Origin: Verrucomicrobiales bacterium
GTDB taxonomy: Bacteria; Verrucomicrobiota; Verrucomicrobiia; Verrucomicrobiales; V1-33
NCBI GenBank assembly: GCA_031411295.1
Contig: JANOAV010000122.1
Location: 1 to 64,000, forward strand
Direction of reading: 5' to 3'
DNA length: 64,000 nt
Shown here: piece by piece, positions 18,624 to 28,791 of the stretch
Position numbering within the stretch: position 1 is the first letter of the stretch
Layout: the number at the start of each line of letters is the position of its first letter
The notes under the pieces: generated by a model
The model's input: only the letters and a program-made list of their open reading frames with translations
What the model was told of the DNA's origin: nothing
Databases searched by the model: none
Program-made: the position numbers and the translations under genes

Positions 18624-21600
18624 ATGCGTCAGATCATTCCATTATTTTCCCTCCTAATAACTACGAGTCTTGCGGCCGCAGATGCTGCCCATGGTGATGG
18701 GAAGCAATCCGGGGCGGATTTCCCCGGGGTGGATTTGGAATTGAAGCGCGAGGATTTTGCGAAAGCGCCGCAAGTGCAGCACCCAATCGCGTTGGATGTG
18801 GACCCGCAAGGGCGAGTCTTTGTGGCGGAAACCTATCGTTATGAGAAGCGCGGTATCATTGATAATCGGGGCAAGCCGGTGAGGGAACTAGCAGATCTGC
18901 AAATTACCTCCCTGGAGGAACGGGAACGCACCTCCCGCACTTGGCTGGACAACGGTGAATTGGATCCTGATCTGGCGGCACGGTTGGCTTCTTACAGCGA
19001 TCCCGGGGATGGAAAGTCCAATTTCCTGACAAAGTTCAGTGAGAAAGTAGCCTGTTTGGTGGATGAGAATCATGATCTGAAGGCCGATCAGCGCACAGAT
19101 TTTGCCACTGGTTTCAACGGACTGCTCGATGGTCCTGCCGCCGGAGTGATGGCCTGGCGGGGAAAGGTATGGCTGACCTGCATCCCTGACCTCTGGCTGC
19201 TGGAAGATAAGGATAACGATAATGTAGCAGATCAGAAGCAATCATTGGCCCGTGGTTTTGGCGTCCGCCATGGCTGGTTCGGTCATGACTTGCATGGCTT
19301 GGCGATGGGGCCGGATGGGCGAATTTATTTCTCCGTGGGCGATCGTGGTTTCAATGTGAAAACGAAGGAAGGCCGCACGCTCTTCGGGCCGCGCACCGGG
19401 GCGGTGTTCCGCTGTTGGCCAGATGGGAAGGATCTGGAAATTGTGGCGCGCGGATTGCGCAACCCGCAGGAATTGGCCTTCGATGATTTTGGAAATTTAT
19501 TCACGGGAGACAACAACTGTGATGCAGGCGACAAGGCCCGGATCGAGTATGTGGTGGATGGGGCGGATTATGGCTGGGAAGTCAGCTATCAAGATCTGGT
19601 CCACCGCGGTCCCTGGCTGCGGGAAAAAATGTGGGAACTGCGTCCTGACAAAAATGATGCGAGTTACCCTGCTTGGATTGTGCCGCCCGTCGGCCATTTA
19701 AGCGCGGGGCCCAGCGGCTTGGCCGCCTATCCGGGAACGGGCCTGCCCGAAGCCTTCAACGGTCATCTTTTCCTGTGTGATTTCCGGGGCGGTGGTAATG
19801 GTTACATCTTCTCTTTCCAGCCTCAGGCCAATGGTGCGGGCTTCAAGTTGGGCGATACCAAGGTGTTCGAAAGCGGGGTCGGGGTTTCGGATTTGGCGTT
19901 CGGTTATGATGGTCGCATGTATATTAGTGATTGGGGAAATGCCTGGGACCAGAATGACGCCAGCCGGGTCTACACGATTACTCATGAAGCCTCGCAGAAG
20001 CTGCCGTTAGTAGCAGAAGTCCAACAGTTGGCAGCCTCCAAATGGGAGGACCGGTCGGTGGAAGATTTGGCGAAGTTGCTGAGCCATCAGGACCGTCGCA
20101 TTCGTTATTTGGCGCAGCAGACGTTGACTGGCAAGGCCGTCCCCGAGGTGCTGGAAAAACTGCTGCCACTGGCGCGGACACAGGAATCGCAACTGGGCCG
20201 CATCCATGCGTTGTGGACGTTGGGGATGATGGCGCGGATCAATCCCGTGCTGCTCACTGAGTTGACCCCATTTCTTCAGGACGAAGATGCGGAGATGCGG
20301 GCTCAGGCGGCGCGTTTATTAGGGGAGGCGCATTATCTTCCCAGCGTGCCGCAGTTAATCGCGCTGTTAGGTGAGCCCTCGTTGCGCGTGCGGATGCTCT
20401 CAGCCATTGCTTTAGGGCACCTGGGGGAGGCCTCGGCAGTGTTGCCATTGCTGGAAATGGCGCAGGTGAATGACGACCGGGATCCACTGCTGCGTCATGC
20501 CGCGGTCATGGGATTGGTCGGCTGCGCCAAGGCTGGGGAGATTTTTTCGCGCACCCAGGCAAGCCCATCGAAGGCGGTCCGGCTGGCCGCAGTGCTGGCC
20601 CTACGGCGTCTCGAAGCTCCAGAAATCGAGCATTTCCTGGCGGATGCCGATCCGCAAATCGTCACTGAAGCAGCCCGGGCTATTTACGATAAGCAAATCA
20701 CCCCTGCCTTCCCTGCCCTAGCCGCTGCGCTGGATCGCACGGAATGGCCAGAAGCCTTGCGGGGCGAGGGGTTGCTGCGTCGCTCCATCGAAATGAATCT
20801 GCGCTTGGGCGCAGCGGAGCACGCCGAGCGCGTGGTTAAATTCGCCACCCTGCCAAAGGAATCCGGCGTGTCCGATGCCTTCCGTTTGGTGGCTCTGGAG
20901 GCCCTGAATCGCTGGGATCAACCGGAGGACCGGGAGCAAGTCTGGGGCCGCTGGGCTCCCCTGCCACCGCGCGCCGCTGGGGTGGCGCGGGCCTTTATCA
21001 AGACCCATTTGCCAGAATTCCTGAAGACCGCTGCGGGAGAGGTGCTCAACAAGGCGCGGGAAGTTGATAATCGTTTCGGAGCTGAGAAAACGCCGGAACA
21101 ACTCTCGGCCTTGGTAAAGGATCAATCCTTCGCGCTGAACCTGCGCTTGGATTATTTGAAAACGCTGGAGGCCCGTGCTAATGCCGCCGCGCAGACGGAT
21201 GAAGTCTGCCGCAGCCTGTTAGCCAATCGTGATGCTCCGCCCAGATTGCGCGTCGAGGCCCGCACGCTGTTAGTGAAACATCAGCCTGGTTCTGCCCTGT
21301 CAGCGTATGGCGAGGCCCTCATCACGGGTTCCCCTTTGGAAAAGCAAGACGCCGTGCTGGCCATCGCTAAACTGCGCACGAATGATACCGATCGCAAAAT
21401 TCAAGAGTTGGGAAATGCCCTCGTGGCTGGCACGCTGGATCCGGTCATTCAAGTTGAGGTGCTCGAAACATTGCGTCATCGCGATGAGAAACGTTCCGCT
21501 TGGCGCAGAATTTTGGATCATTATGAAGAGAAGCTCGATCATGGCGGAGATCCCTTGGCGGCCCATCGCGTCACGCTGCAGGGGGGCGATGCGGCCACCG

Positions 21601-21995
21601 GACAAGCGGTATTTCAAAATCATCAAGCCGCGCAATGTCTGCGCTGTCATGCCATCGGCGGGCATGGTGGCATGGTCGGGCCGGAACTCCAAGGCGTGGC
21701 GACGCGGGGTGACGCGACCTTTCTCTTGGAATCCCTCGTGAATCCATCTGCCAAGGTCGCGGATGGCTATGGGATTGTCAGCGTTACGCTCAAGGATGAC
21801 AAAGTGCTGGGGGGGATCCTCCAAAGTAAAACCAAGGATGGCATCACTCTATTAGAAGGCACAACCGCCCGTGTCATTCCGCAAAACGACATCCAAGAAA
21901 TCAGCGCTCCCCTGAGCGCCATGCCACCCATGGCCGCGTTACTGACGCCGCGGGAGTTGCGGGATTTGTTGGCGTATTTGCTGACCTTGAAATGA
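18624..21995 (+). CDS. PVC-type heme-binding CxxCH protein (sorbosone/glucose dehydrogenase-like propeller + HEAT repeats + cytochrome c)
   Basis: Signal peptide; 'HDLHGLAMGPDGRIYFSVGD', 'GLRNPQELAFDDFGNLF..DN'; HEAT-like helices; 'GDAATGQAVF...CLRCH...GPEL...SAMP'. Confidence 0.88.
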   Translation: MRQIIPLFSLLITTSLAAADAAHGDGKQSGADFPGVDLELKREDFAKAPQVQHPIALDVDPQGRVFVAETYRYEKRGIIDNRGKPVRELADLQITSLEERERTSRTWLDNGELDPDLAARLASYSDPGDGKSNFLTKFSEKVACLVDENHDLKADQRTDFATGFNGLLDGPAAGVMAWRGKVWLTCIPDLWLLEDKDNDNVADQKQSLARGFGVRHGWFGHDLHGLAMGPDGRIYFSVGDRGFNVKTKEGRTLFGPRTGAVFRCWPDGKDLEIVARGLRNPQELAFDDFGNLFTGDNNCDAGDKARIEYVVDGADYGWEVSYQDLVHRGPWLREKMWELRPDKNDASYPAWIVPPVGHLSAGPSGLAAYPGTGLPEAFNGHLFLCDFRGGGNGYIFSFQPQANGAGFKLGDTKVFESGVGVSDLAFGYDGRMYISDWGNAWDQNDASRVYTITHEASQKLPLVAEVQQLAASKWEDRSVEDLAKLLSHQDRRIRYLAQQTLTGKAVPEVLEKLLPLARTQESQLGRIHALWTLGMMARINPVLLTELTPFLQDEDAEMRAQAARLLGEAHYLPSVPQLIALLGEPSLRVRMLSAIALGHLGEASAVLPLLEMAQVNDDRDPLLRHAAVMGLVGCAKAGEIFSRTQASPSKAVRLAAVLALRRLEAPEIEHFLADADPQIVTEAARAIYDKQITPAFPALAAALDRTEWPEALRGEGLLRRSIEMNLRLGAAEHAERVVKFATLPKESGVSDAFRLVALEALNRWDQPEDREQVWGRWAPLPPRAAGVARAFIKTHLPEFLKTAAGEVLNKAREVDNRFGAEKTPEQLSALVKDQSFALNLRLDYLKTLEARANAAAQTDEVCRSLLANRDAPPRLRVEARTLLVKHQPGSALSAYGEALITGSPLEKQDAVLAIAKLRTNDTDRKIQELGNALVAGTLDPVIQVEVLETLRHRDEKRSAWRRILDHYEEKLDHGGDPLAAHRVTLQGGDAATGQAVFQNHQAAQCLRCHAIGGHGGMVGPELQGVATRGDATFLLESLVNPSAKVADGYGIVSVTLKDDKVLGGILQSKTKDGITLLEGTTARVIPQNDIQEISAPLSAMPPMAALLTPRELRDLLAYLLTLK

Positions 21996-22202
21996 ATTTG
22001 CTTTTGTCAAAAATCAGTTTGCGGAGACCCCGGCATGAGTGAGCCCATGCTTGGATGCTTCCTTTATTAACTCTTTTGCGGTGGTAAAAAAGAAACGGCG
22101 GAGGCATCTGCTTTGGAAACGGTGGCGTTATACCATCGCCATGTATCCCGTTGATGCTCTGGCAATCATCCTACCCATACAATCATTAAATATCCTATCC
22201 CT

Positions 22203-22691
22203 ATGAAATTGTTCTCTTCCTTCCTCGCCGTCGCCTTCGCTTTCACTGCTACGGTCTCCAGTGCTCGGGCTGACGACACTAAAACCGTCGTCGAAATCGC
22301 GGCTGGCAATCCCGACTTCAGCACGCTGGTAGCCGCAGTGAAAGCTGCTGGTCTTGCAGAAACGCTGTCAGGCGACGGTCCCTTCACGGTCTTCGCCCCC
22401 ACCAACGCAGCCTTTGCCAAGTTGCCCAAGGGCACCGTGGAAGATCTGCTCAAGCCGGAAAACAAAGCCAAGCTGGCCGGAATCCTCACTTATCACGTGG
22501 TTGGAGCCAAAGTGATGGCCAAGGACGTCAAGGCCGGCCCAGTCAAGACAGTCAACGGTGCCGAAGCCAAAATCACCGTCGAAGGTGGGGTGGTGAAGAT
22601 CGATGCCGCCACCGTCTCCAAGACCGACCTTGTTGGCAAGAATGGCGTCATCCACGTCATCGATTCCGTGATTCTGCCAGCTGCCAAGTAA
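22203..22691 (+). CDS. Secreted fasciclin (FAS1) domain protein
   Basis: '[33 protein letters not shown]', 'ILTYHVV', '[13 protein letters not shown]'. Confidence 0.96.
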   Translation: MKLFSSFLAVAFAFTATVSSARADDTKTVVEIAAGNPDFSTLVAAVKAAGLAETLSGDGPFTVFAPTNAAFAKLPKGTVEDLLKPENKAKLAGILTYHVVGAKVMAKDVKAGPVKTVNGAEAKITVEGGVVKIDAATVSKTDLVGKNGVIHVIDSVILPAAK

Positions 22692-22724
22692 GTCGCTAGC
22701 ATTGCTCATTCCCCGAGAAACGCA

Positions 22725-22762
22725 CCACCCGGTAATTCCATTGATTGATGGAATCCGGGTGG
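22725..22762. terminator. Stem-loop between convergent genes (possible bidirectional terminator)
   Basis: CCACCCGG..ATTCCA pairs with TGGAAT-CCGGGTGG; weak U-tract. Confidence 0.5.
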
Positions 22763-22777
22763 GGCCATTTTCGGAGG

Positions 22778-23221
22778 TTAGTCCAAACGACACGTGCCCT
22801 GACATTCCGTTCTGCTCGTGGTTAGCTTGGCCGCGCTTTCCGGGGTCAGCTTGAGCAGTTCCGAGAGCCTGAGCCGATTCCCGCTAATGAGACTACAGAG
22901 CCGATGGGTTAACGGCTTCCATTCCGGGCGGCTGAACCGTTTGGCCCAGCCGCGCCAGTTCCGCAGCGTCCACAGGCAGGTAATCCAGGCGTCTGCACCC
23001 CGATACACCTCACCGGTGTCCGCTGCGACGACGATCTGTCCGGCGGGGTCCAGACTGGGCAGCTCCGGCAGGACCTCCAGCGCGGTCGGATCATCGAAGG
23101 CCAGGAAACGCAGCGGAACATAAGCTGGCTGATGTTGCATCCAAGCCTTGACCTGACAGCAGACGCCGCATTTCTGATCGTAGAAGATCGTCAGTTGGTT
23201 CATGGGTTTCAAGGTCTTCAT
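22778..23221 (-). CDS. DCC1-like thiol-disulfide oxidoreductase (DUF393)
   Basis: N-terminal 'IFYDQKCGVC' (DxxCxxC), 'GEVYRGADAW'. Confidence 0.88.
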   Translation of the reverse strand: MKTLKPMNQLTIFYDQKCGVCCQVKAWMQHQPAYVPLRFLAFDDPTALEVLPELPSLDPAGQIVVAADTGEVYRGADAWITCLWTLRNWRGWAKRFSRPEWKPLTHRLCSLISGNRLRLSELLKLTPESAAKLTTSRTECQGTCRLD

Positions 23222-23235
23222 GGCTGAGGAGAGAG

Positions 23236-23634
23236 TTACATTTCAGGCCGCATCAGGATGGGCTGGGCGGGTGGGCGGACTTCTTGATCCAACAGGGCGT
23301 TCCGGCGCAGACGGTGGAAGAGCCAGATGTTAAAGAAATGCATCCCGCCAAGGACCACCGTCACCACGCCCATCTTTGTGCTCAACATTTCGAAGACCTC
23401 TACGGCATTCGTGACGGGGCTGCCCACCTTCAGGTGATAACAGACGAAACCAAAGTTTAGCAGGTAAAAACCCACCACCAGCAAGTGATTCACACTGTCT
23501 GCGAGAGGTTCGTTACCATGGAAACAATCCACCAAAAAAAGTCGCCCATTGCGATGAAGGGTGCGAGCCACCCAAATGGTCAGGGCAATGCTGAGGAGGA
23601 GATAAATCGTGTAGTTAATGATGGTCGCGTTCAT
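23236..23634 (-). CDS. Conserved integral membrane protein
   Basis: Three hydrophobic helices; 'WVARTLHRNGRLFL...ADSVNHLLVVGFYLLNFG...GGMHFFN'. Start placed at MNATII. Confidence 0.8.
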   Translation of the reverse strand: MNATIINYTIYLLLSIALTIWVARTLHRNGRLFLVDCFHGNEPLADSVNHLLVVGFYLLNFGFVCYHLKVGSPVTNAVEVFEMLSTKMGVVTVVLGGMHFFNIWLFHRLRRNALLDQEVRPPAQPILMRPEM

Positions 23635-23678
23635 GGCCTGGGGTCTTTCTAGTGGTGATGGCAGCTTAATTGCTGTTC

Positions 23679-23696
23679 TTTCTGAAATTACAGAAA
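23679..23696. promoter_or_regulatory. Palindromic operator-like site TTTCTG-N6-CAGAAA
   Basis: 6-bp inverted repeat about 45 bp upstream of the membrane protein/DUF393 pair, in the divergent region before the ECF sigma gene. Confidence 0.5.
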
Positions 23697-23816
23697 TCAA
23701 AGAATAACGCAACTGATTTGTGAAGAAAGATGCGTCCGATGAATTTCTTCATTGGGCTCGTGGCCAAATGTGCAACTTTAGCAAACCGCCGGGGTTCTCC
23801 CTAGGCGATCTGCCTT

Positions 23817-24440
23817 ATGCCGCCCGAGTCCCAGTCCCCATCCCCCCCCACCACTGCCGACGCAGATGATCTTAATGATCGCAGCGTAGCGCTGATGGCA
23901 TTGGTGAAGACAGGTGATCACGCGGCCTTCACGGAGTTGGTGAAACTTCATCAAACCGCCGTCATTGGCACGGCGTATCGCATGCTGGGCACGCAGGAAG
24001 ATGCCCAGGACTTGGCGCAGCAAGTGTTCGTGCGGATCTGGAAAAGCGCGCCGCGTTATGAAGTCAGCGCGAAATTCACCACTTGGATGTTCACCATTTT
24101 ACGGAACCTGGCCTTTAACGAATATCGACGGCGGGGTCGGCATCCTGCGCAAAGTTTGGAAGCCAGCGAAGAGGACTTTGGTCGGCAGTTGGTTGACCAC
24201 CAAACCGTCTCCGCCGATGCCGCGTTAGGGCAAAAGGAACTGGAGGCCGCTGTGGATGCGGCCATCAAAGCCCTGCCTGAGAAACAACGCCTGGCGGTCT
24301 CCCTGCGGCGTTACGAAGACCTGCCCTATGAAGAGATTGCCGTGATCCTGGAAATGACCGTCAGTGCGGTGAAGAGCCTGCTGTTCCGGGCTCGAGCGGA
24401 CCTCCGAGAAATGCTGGCCGCTCATTTGGGTGAAGCCTAA
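23817..24440 (+). CDS. ECF sigma-70 factor (SigW-like)
   Basis: 'GDHAAFTELV', 'DAQDLAQQVFVRIW', 'FTTWMFTILRN', 'LPEKQR...LPYEEIAVIL...AVKSLLFRAR'. Confidence 0.95.
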   Translation: MPPESQSPSPPTTADADDLNDRSVALMALVKTGDHAAFTELVKLHQTAVIGTAYRMLGTQEDAQDLAQQVFVRIWKSAPRYEVSAKFTTWMFTILRNLAFNEYRRRGRHPAQSLEASEEDFGRQLVDHQTVSADAALGQKELEAAVDAAIKALPEKQRLAVSLRRYEDLPYEEIAVILEMTVSAVKSLLFRARADLREMLAAHLGEA

Positions 24441-24596
24441 CGGCCTAGATTGACCTGTGGTGATGCGGAAAGAAACCGCCGGGACTAGGGAGAAGTAGGC
24501 CTTGGGTGCGCGCCCGCATCATCCCCCAGCGGCGGCTAAATTTAGGTTTACCTTTGCCCAAGAACGGTTTGGTTACTGGATAGTTCTGTTTCCCCG

Positions 24597-25991
24597 ATGG
24601 AAGAATTCGCCCTACCCAATCCCTTGGATCAATTTCTGGAGGCTTTTCATGATGAAAAGCTGGAGGAGGCGCGTGCCCTCAGCACTGAGTTACATGGGGC
24701 CGACTGGGCGGGGATCTTCGAGCAGATCAGTGCGGATGAGCGTCCGGCGTTGATTGGACTGGTGCCGGAGGAAGAGTTCTCCGAATTCTTGCACCAACTG
24801 CCGTTGGCAGATGCGGCGGAAATTCTAGCCGATCTGTCGGATGATCGCGCGGCCGTGGTGCTGGGAGAGTTGCCGGATGATACCCTGGTGGATTTGCTGC
24901 AGGAAATGGATTCTGAGCAGCGGGGGCACACGTTTCACATGCTCTCTGAGGATCGGCGCAAGGCGGCCCGACGGTTGCTGCGATTCCCGGATGACTCTGC
25001 CGGCGGACGGATGACCACGGCATTCGCCAGTGTGCGAGAGGATATCACGGTGCGGGAGGCTATCGTTGAACTGATGAAGGTGAAAGATGAAACCGAGGTG
25101 CTGGCGCGGATTTACGTGGTGGACAGCATCGGTCATATCTTGGGGAAGGTGCGGCTGCGCGATTTAACATTCTCCGCCCCCGAGGTGCTGATTGCGGATA
25201 TTAACGACTTCGATACGCGCGCCGTGCTGGCCACGACGGACCAAGAGAAAGCGGTCCGGGTGATGCAGAAATACGATTTATTAACCCTTCCGGTAGTGGA
25301 CGAGGAAGGTCGGCTGTTAGGGGTGATCACCCACGATGATGCCTTGGACATTCAGGAAGAGGAAAGCACCGAGGACATGGAGCGCCAGAGCGGTATTGCC
25401 GGGGAGAGTTCGGACGAAACGTATCTGAATACCTCCGTGCTGCGGCATGTGCGACGTCGCATTGGTTGGATTGTATCTCTGGCATTCTTTGGGCTCATTG
25501 CGGGCTATCTGATTTACTCTTTTCAGAATGTGCTGGGCACGGTTTTTGTGCTCAGCATTTACATGCCCATGGTAGTGGCGGCGGGCGGAAATACCGGCGG
25601 TCAGGCGGCCACGATGGTGATCCGCGCCATGTCGATTGGGGAACTGCAACCGACGGAGTTTTTGCGCGTGGCAGCCAAGGAACTGCGGGTGGGAATGCTG
25701 GTGGGGGCCGTGTTAGGCATTTGCATGGCCATTCAAATCAGGTGGTTCATGCCGCCGGGCACCACTCTGCCGCCGAGCATTTCCCTGGAGAAATTCGCTC
25801 TGGTGGTGAGTCTCTCGCTGCTCTGTCAGATCACGGCTTCCACGCTCATCGGAGCCACGCTACCGATTGCCGCCCGCATGGCGAAATTGGATCCAGCCGT
25901 GATGTCTTCTCCTGCGATCACGAGCATGGTGGATGCCACCGGCTTGGTGATCTATTTTAACTTGGCGAAGGCGATTCTCGGCGTGGGTTGA
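24597..25991 (+). CDS. mgtE: Magnesium transporter MgtE
   Basis: Acidic N-domain, CBS pair ('DSAGGRMT', 'KYDLLTLPVVD..GRLLGVITHDD'), TM motifs 'AAGGNTGGQA', 'DPAVMSSPAITSMVD'. Confidence 0.95.
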   Translation: MEEFALPNPLDQFLEAFHDEKLEEARALSTELHGADWAGIFEQISADERPALIGLVPEEEFSEFLHQLPLADAAEILADLSDDRAAVVLGELPDDTLVDLLQEMDSEQRGHTFHMLSEDRRKAARRLLRFPDDSAGGRMTTAFASVREDITVREAIVELMKVKDETEVLARIYVVDSIGHILGKVRLRDLTFSAPEVLIADINDFDTRAVLATTDQEKAVRVMQKYDLLTLPVVDEEGRLLGVITHDDALDIQEEESTEDMERQSGIAGESSDETYLNTSVLRHVRRRIGWIVSLAFFGLIAGYLIYSFQNVLGTVFVLSIYMPMVVAAGGNTGGQAATMVIRAMSIGELQPTEFLRVAAKELRVGMLVGAVLGICMAIQIRWFMPPGTTLPPSISLEKFALVVSLSLLCQITASTLIGATLPIAARMAKLDPAVMSSPAITSMVDATGLVIYFNLAKAILGVG

Positions 25992-26055
25992 TCCCGGCGT
26001 ATTCCCTGCGATTCCTCATTTGCCAAGTCCCCTCCTCCGCCCTTACTCTCAAATT

Positions 26056-27627
26056 ATGACATTGTTCGGCACATCAATTATTGGCGCCACCCGCGGAGTC
26101 GCTGGGGGCGAGGTTTCTCATGGTCTCAACGCGAGCACGGGTGAGCCGCTGGACCCGGTCTTCCATGGCGCCTCGGCGGCCGAAGTGGATGCTGCGGTCA
26201 GCCTGGCCGCTGACGCATTTCCCATTTACAGTAAACTGAGCGGGAAGGAACGGGCGAAATTTCTGCGCGCCATCGCCACGGAGATCGAAGCGTTGGGCGA
26301 TGCATTGACGCAACGTGCCATGGCGGAGTCCGGCCTGCCGGAAGCTCGTATCAAGGGGGAAACCGGTCGCACCACCGGGCAACTGCGGATGCATGCCAGC
26401 GTGCTGGAAGAGGGCTCGTGGTGTGATGCGCGCATCGATCATGCGGACCCGCAGCGGCAGCCGATTCCCAAGGTGGATATCAGATCGATGCATCGGGCGA
26501 TTGGGCCAGTGGCGGTCTTCTGTGCGAGCAATTTTCCTTTGGCCTTCAGCGTAGCCGGGGGCGATTCCTGTGCGGCCTGGGCTGCGGGCTGTCCGGTCAT
26601 TGTCAAAGCGCACAGCAGCCACCCCGGCACTGCCGAGTTAGTGGGCCACGCAGTGCGGCAGGCGGTCATTTCCTGTGGGCTGCCGGACGGCGTCTTTTCT
26701 CTGCTCTATGGCAGCGGACGGGAAGTGGGAGCCACGTTAGTGAAACATCCGGAAATCAAGGGTGTGGGCTTCACGGGCTCGCGCGCGGGTGGTCGGGCGC
26801 TGATGGATCTGGCGGCGGCCCGGCCTTGTCCGATTCCGGTCTATGCGGAAATGAGCAGCATTAATCCGACGATCATGCTGGCCGGAGCCCTGGCCGAACG
26901 CGCTCCCCAACTGGCCGCTGGCTTGCATGCTAGTGTGACCGCCAGCGTGGGGCAAATGTGCACCAATCCCGGTCTCATCATTTTGGATGTTTCCGGCCCG
27001 GTGGATGTCTTCCAGAAGGAGTTGGGGAAACTCATCGCCAGCACCGCTCCGGGCACCATGCTGAACCCGACGATTTGTCAGGCGTATCGCCATGGGGTAT
27101 CCCAGTTGCGGACGAATTCCCAAGTCCAGCCCGTGGCCTTTGTTACCGAGGGTGATGGCCATACCGGAGCCGCCCACGTCTTCGCCACCACCACGGAGGC
27201 ATTTCTCACGGATCCCACGTTATCGGAAGAAGTCTTTGGTCCAACTACACTGTTAGTTCATGCCCGCGGCAAGGCGGATATTTTGCGCCTCCTGGCCCAT
27301 CTGGAAGGTCAGCTAACCGCTACCTTGCACGGCACGGAGGAGGAATTGGCGCAGAGTGGAGATTTGCTAGCAGCGATGGAAGCCAAGGCCGGTCGGGTGA
27401 TCATCAATGGGTTCCCTACCGGAGTCGAAGTCTGTCACGCCATCGTGCACGGCGGCCCGTATCCCGCCACCAGCGATGGACGGAGCACGTCGGTCGGGGT
27501 GCAGGCGGTCAGTCGTTTCACCCGCCCAGTGGCCTTCCAGAATTTCCCGGATGCGGCGTTGCCAGCGGAATTGCAGGAAGCGAACCCGCTGGGGATTTCT
27601 CGAATTGTGGATGGGGTGCGGAAGTAA
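26056..27627 (+). CDS. NADP+-dependent aldehyde dehydrogenase, alpha-ketoglutaric semialdehyde dehydrogenase-like
   Basis: 'GPVAVFCASNFPLAFSVAGGD', 'FTGSRAGG', 'EMSSINP', 'GQMCTNPG', 'EEVFGP', 'HGGPYPAT'. Confidence 0.92.
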   Translation: MTLFGTSIIGATRGVAGGEVSHGLNASTGEPLDPVFHGASAAEVDAAVSLAADAFPIYSKLSGKERAKFLRAIATEIEALGDALTQRAMAESGLPEARIKGETGRTTGQLRMHASVLEEGSWCDARIDHADPQRQPIPKVDIRSMHRAIGPVAVFCASNFPLAFSVAGGDSCAAWAAGCPVIVKAHSSHPGTAELVGHAVRQAVISCGLPDGVFSLLYGSGREVGATLVKHPEIKGVGFTGSRAGGRALMDLAAARPCPIPVYAEMSSINPTIMLAGALAERAPQLAAGLHASVTASVGQMCTNPGLIILDVSGPVDVFQKELGKLIASTAPGTMLNPTICQAYRHGVSQLRTNSQVQPVAFVTEGDGHTGAAHVFATTTEAFLTDPTLSEEVFGPTTLLVHARGKADILRLLAHLEGQLTATLHGTEEELAQSGDLLAAMEAKAGRVIINGFPTGVEVCHAIVHGGPYPATSDGRSTSVGVQAVSRFTRPVAFQNFPDAALPAELQEANPLGISRIVDGVRK

Positions 27628-27643
27628 ATTGCCGCCTAGAAAT

Positions 27644-28165
27644 GTGAGCGACGATCTCCAGCAACTCTACGCCGCTCCGAAACACGAGTCTCCAAGGCCC
27701 TCCATGCCGACGGACAAGCGGCCCGCGTCACATCGGTGGGCCATGGCGTGGTTTGTGCTGGTAGGGTTGAGCGCAGCTATCCAAATTTGGATGAGTTCCC
27801 ATGTTGGGGTAAATCCATTATATCTTTTGATCATGCTCCTGGGGCCGATTGGGCTTATCGCCATGGTCGCAGGGAAGCGTTCAGTTAGTGCCGGCTATAT
27901 TTTGCCAAGTATCTGCTTGGGAGTGTTTGCCGCCCGCAGCATCCAAACTAGCTTCTACTGGATACGGGCCTTGATTCGCACCCCCTCCATCTATGATGGA
28001 ATTCCGATCTCCTACCAACTGCTTGGATTGATCGCTTGGGCACTGATGTGCTATCTCTTCTATCGATTCACTTTCGGCTTACCCAGTCGGGCTTACTTTG
28101 GCATGGTCCGGTTCGATGCCTCCGCTCTCGGACGACGGATTAAGGTAAGACTGCTCGGGCTTTAG
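27644..28165 (+). CDS. Hypothetical membrane protein (about 4 TM)
   Basis: Hydrophobic segments in the 3' part of ORF 27407-28165; start inferred at GTG27644 after the ALDH stop. Confidence 0.55.
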   Translation: MSDDLQQLYAAPKHESPRPSMPTDKRPASHRWAMAWFVLVGLSAAIQIWMSSHVGVNPLYLLIMLLGPIGLIAMVAGKRSVSAGYILPSICLGVFAARSIQTSFYWIRALIRTPSIYDGIPISYQLLGLIAWALMCYLFYRFTFGLPSRAYFGMVRFDASALGRRIKVRLLGL

Positions 28166-28235
28166 CGAAAATTTCCCGGTTGTCTCCTTCGGCTAGCAGC
28201 TTAGGAATACGGCACATTTCTCTCAGCCAACAATC

Positions 28236-28781
28236 ATGATCGCATTTAAAGAATGGTCTCTCGTCTGTGACGCCCTGGGTTCGGGGCGGCAAAGTATTAT
28301 TCTGCGGAAAGGTGGGATTGCGGAAGGCCGCAGCGGCTTCTCGTGGCAGCACGATGAATTCGCTTTGTTTCCGACTTATTTTCACTCGCAGGATCAGGCC
28401 CTACGGGACATCCCGGCGGGATCGGTGGCGGCTCCCCATGAATCTCTACACACTATTTCTCTGCTAGCCAAGGTGGATTTCAAGGTTCTGCTGGACGACT
28501 GGTCGCAAGTGGCAGCGCTGGCTTCCTATCATGGTTGGACGGAGGAAACGATGCAGGAGCGATTCGATTACACGGGCGAGCGCACGATCTCCCTGGCAGT
28601 ATTGCGGGTGTTCCGCCTGCCGGAACCGTTCACGTTTCCTGATGCGCCTGGTTATGGGGGATGCCGGTCATGGGTGACTGTCCCGGATTGCGGGGTTGCA
28701 GCGGACGCCATTCCCGTGCTAGATGACGCTACCCATACGCAACGGGTGGCGGAGATCCGTCGCCTGATCGGGTTAGCGTAA
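28236..28781 (+). CDS. DUF1802 family protein
   Basis: 'AFKEWSLVCDALGSGRQSIILRKGGIAE', 'FALFPTYFH', 'YGGCRSWV'. Confidence 0.9.
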   Translation: MIAFKEWSLVCDALGSGRQSIILRKGGIAEGRSGFSWQHDEFALFPTYFHSQDQALRDIPAGSVAAPHESLHTISLLAKVDFKVLLDDWSQVAALASYHGWTEETMQERFDYTGERTISLAVLRVFRLPEPFTFPDAPGYGGCRSWVTVPDCGVAADAIPVLDDATHTQRVAEIRRLIGLA

Positions 28782-28791
28782 TTCTTTCCCC

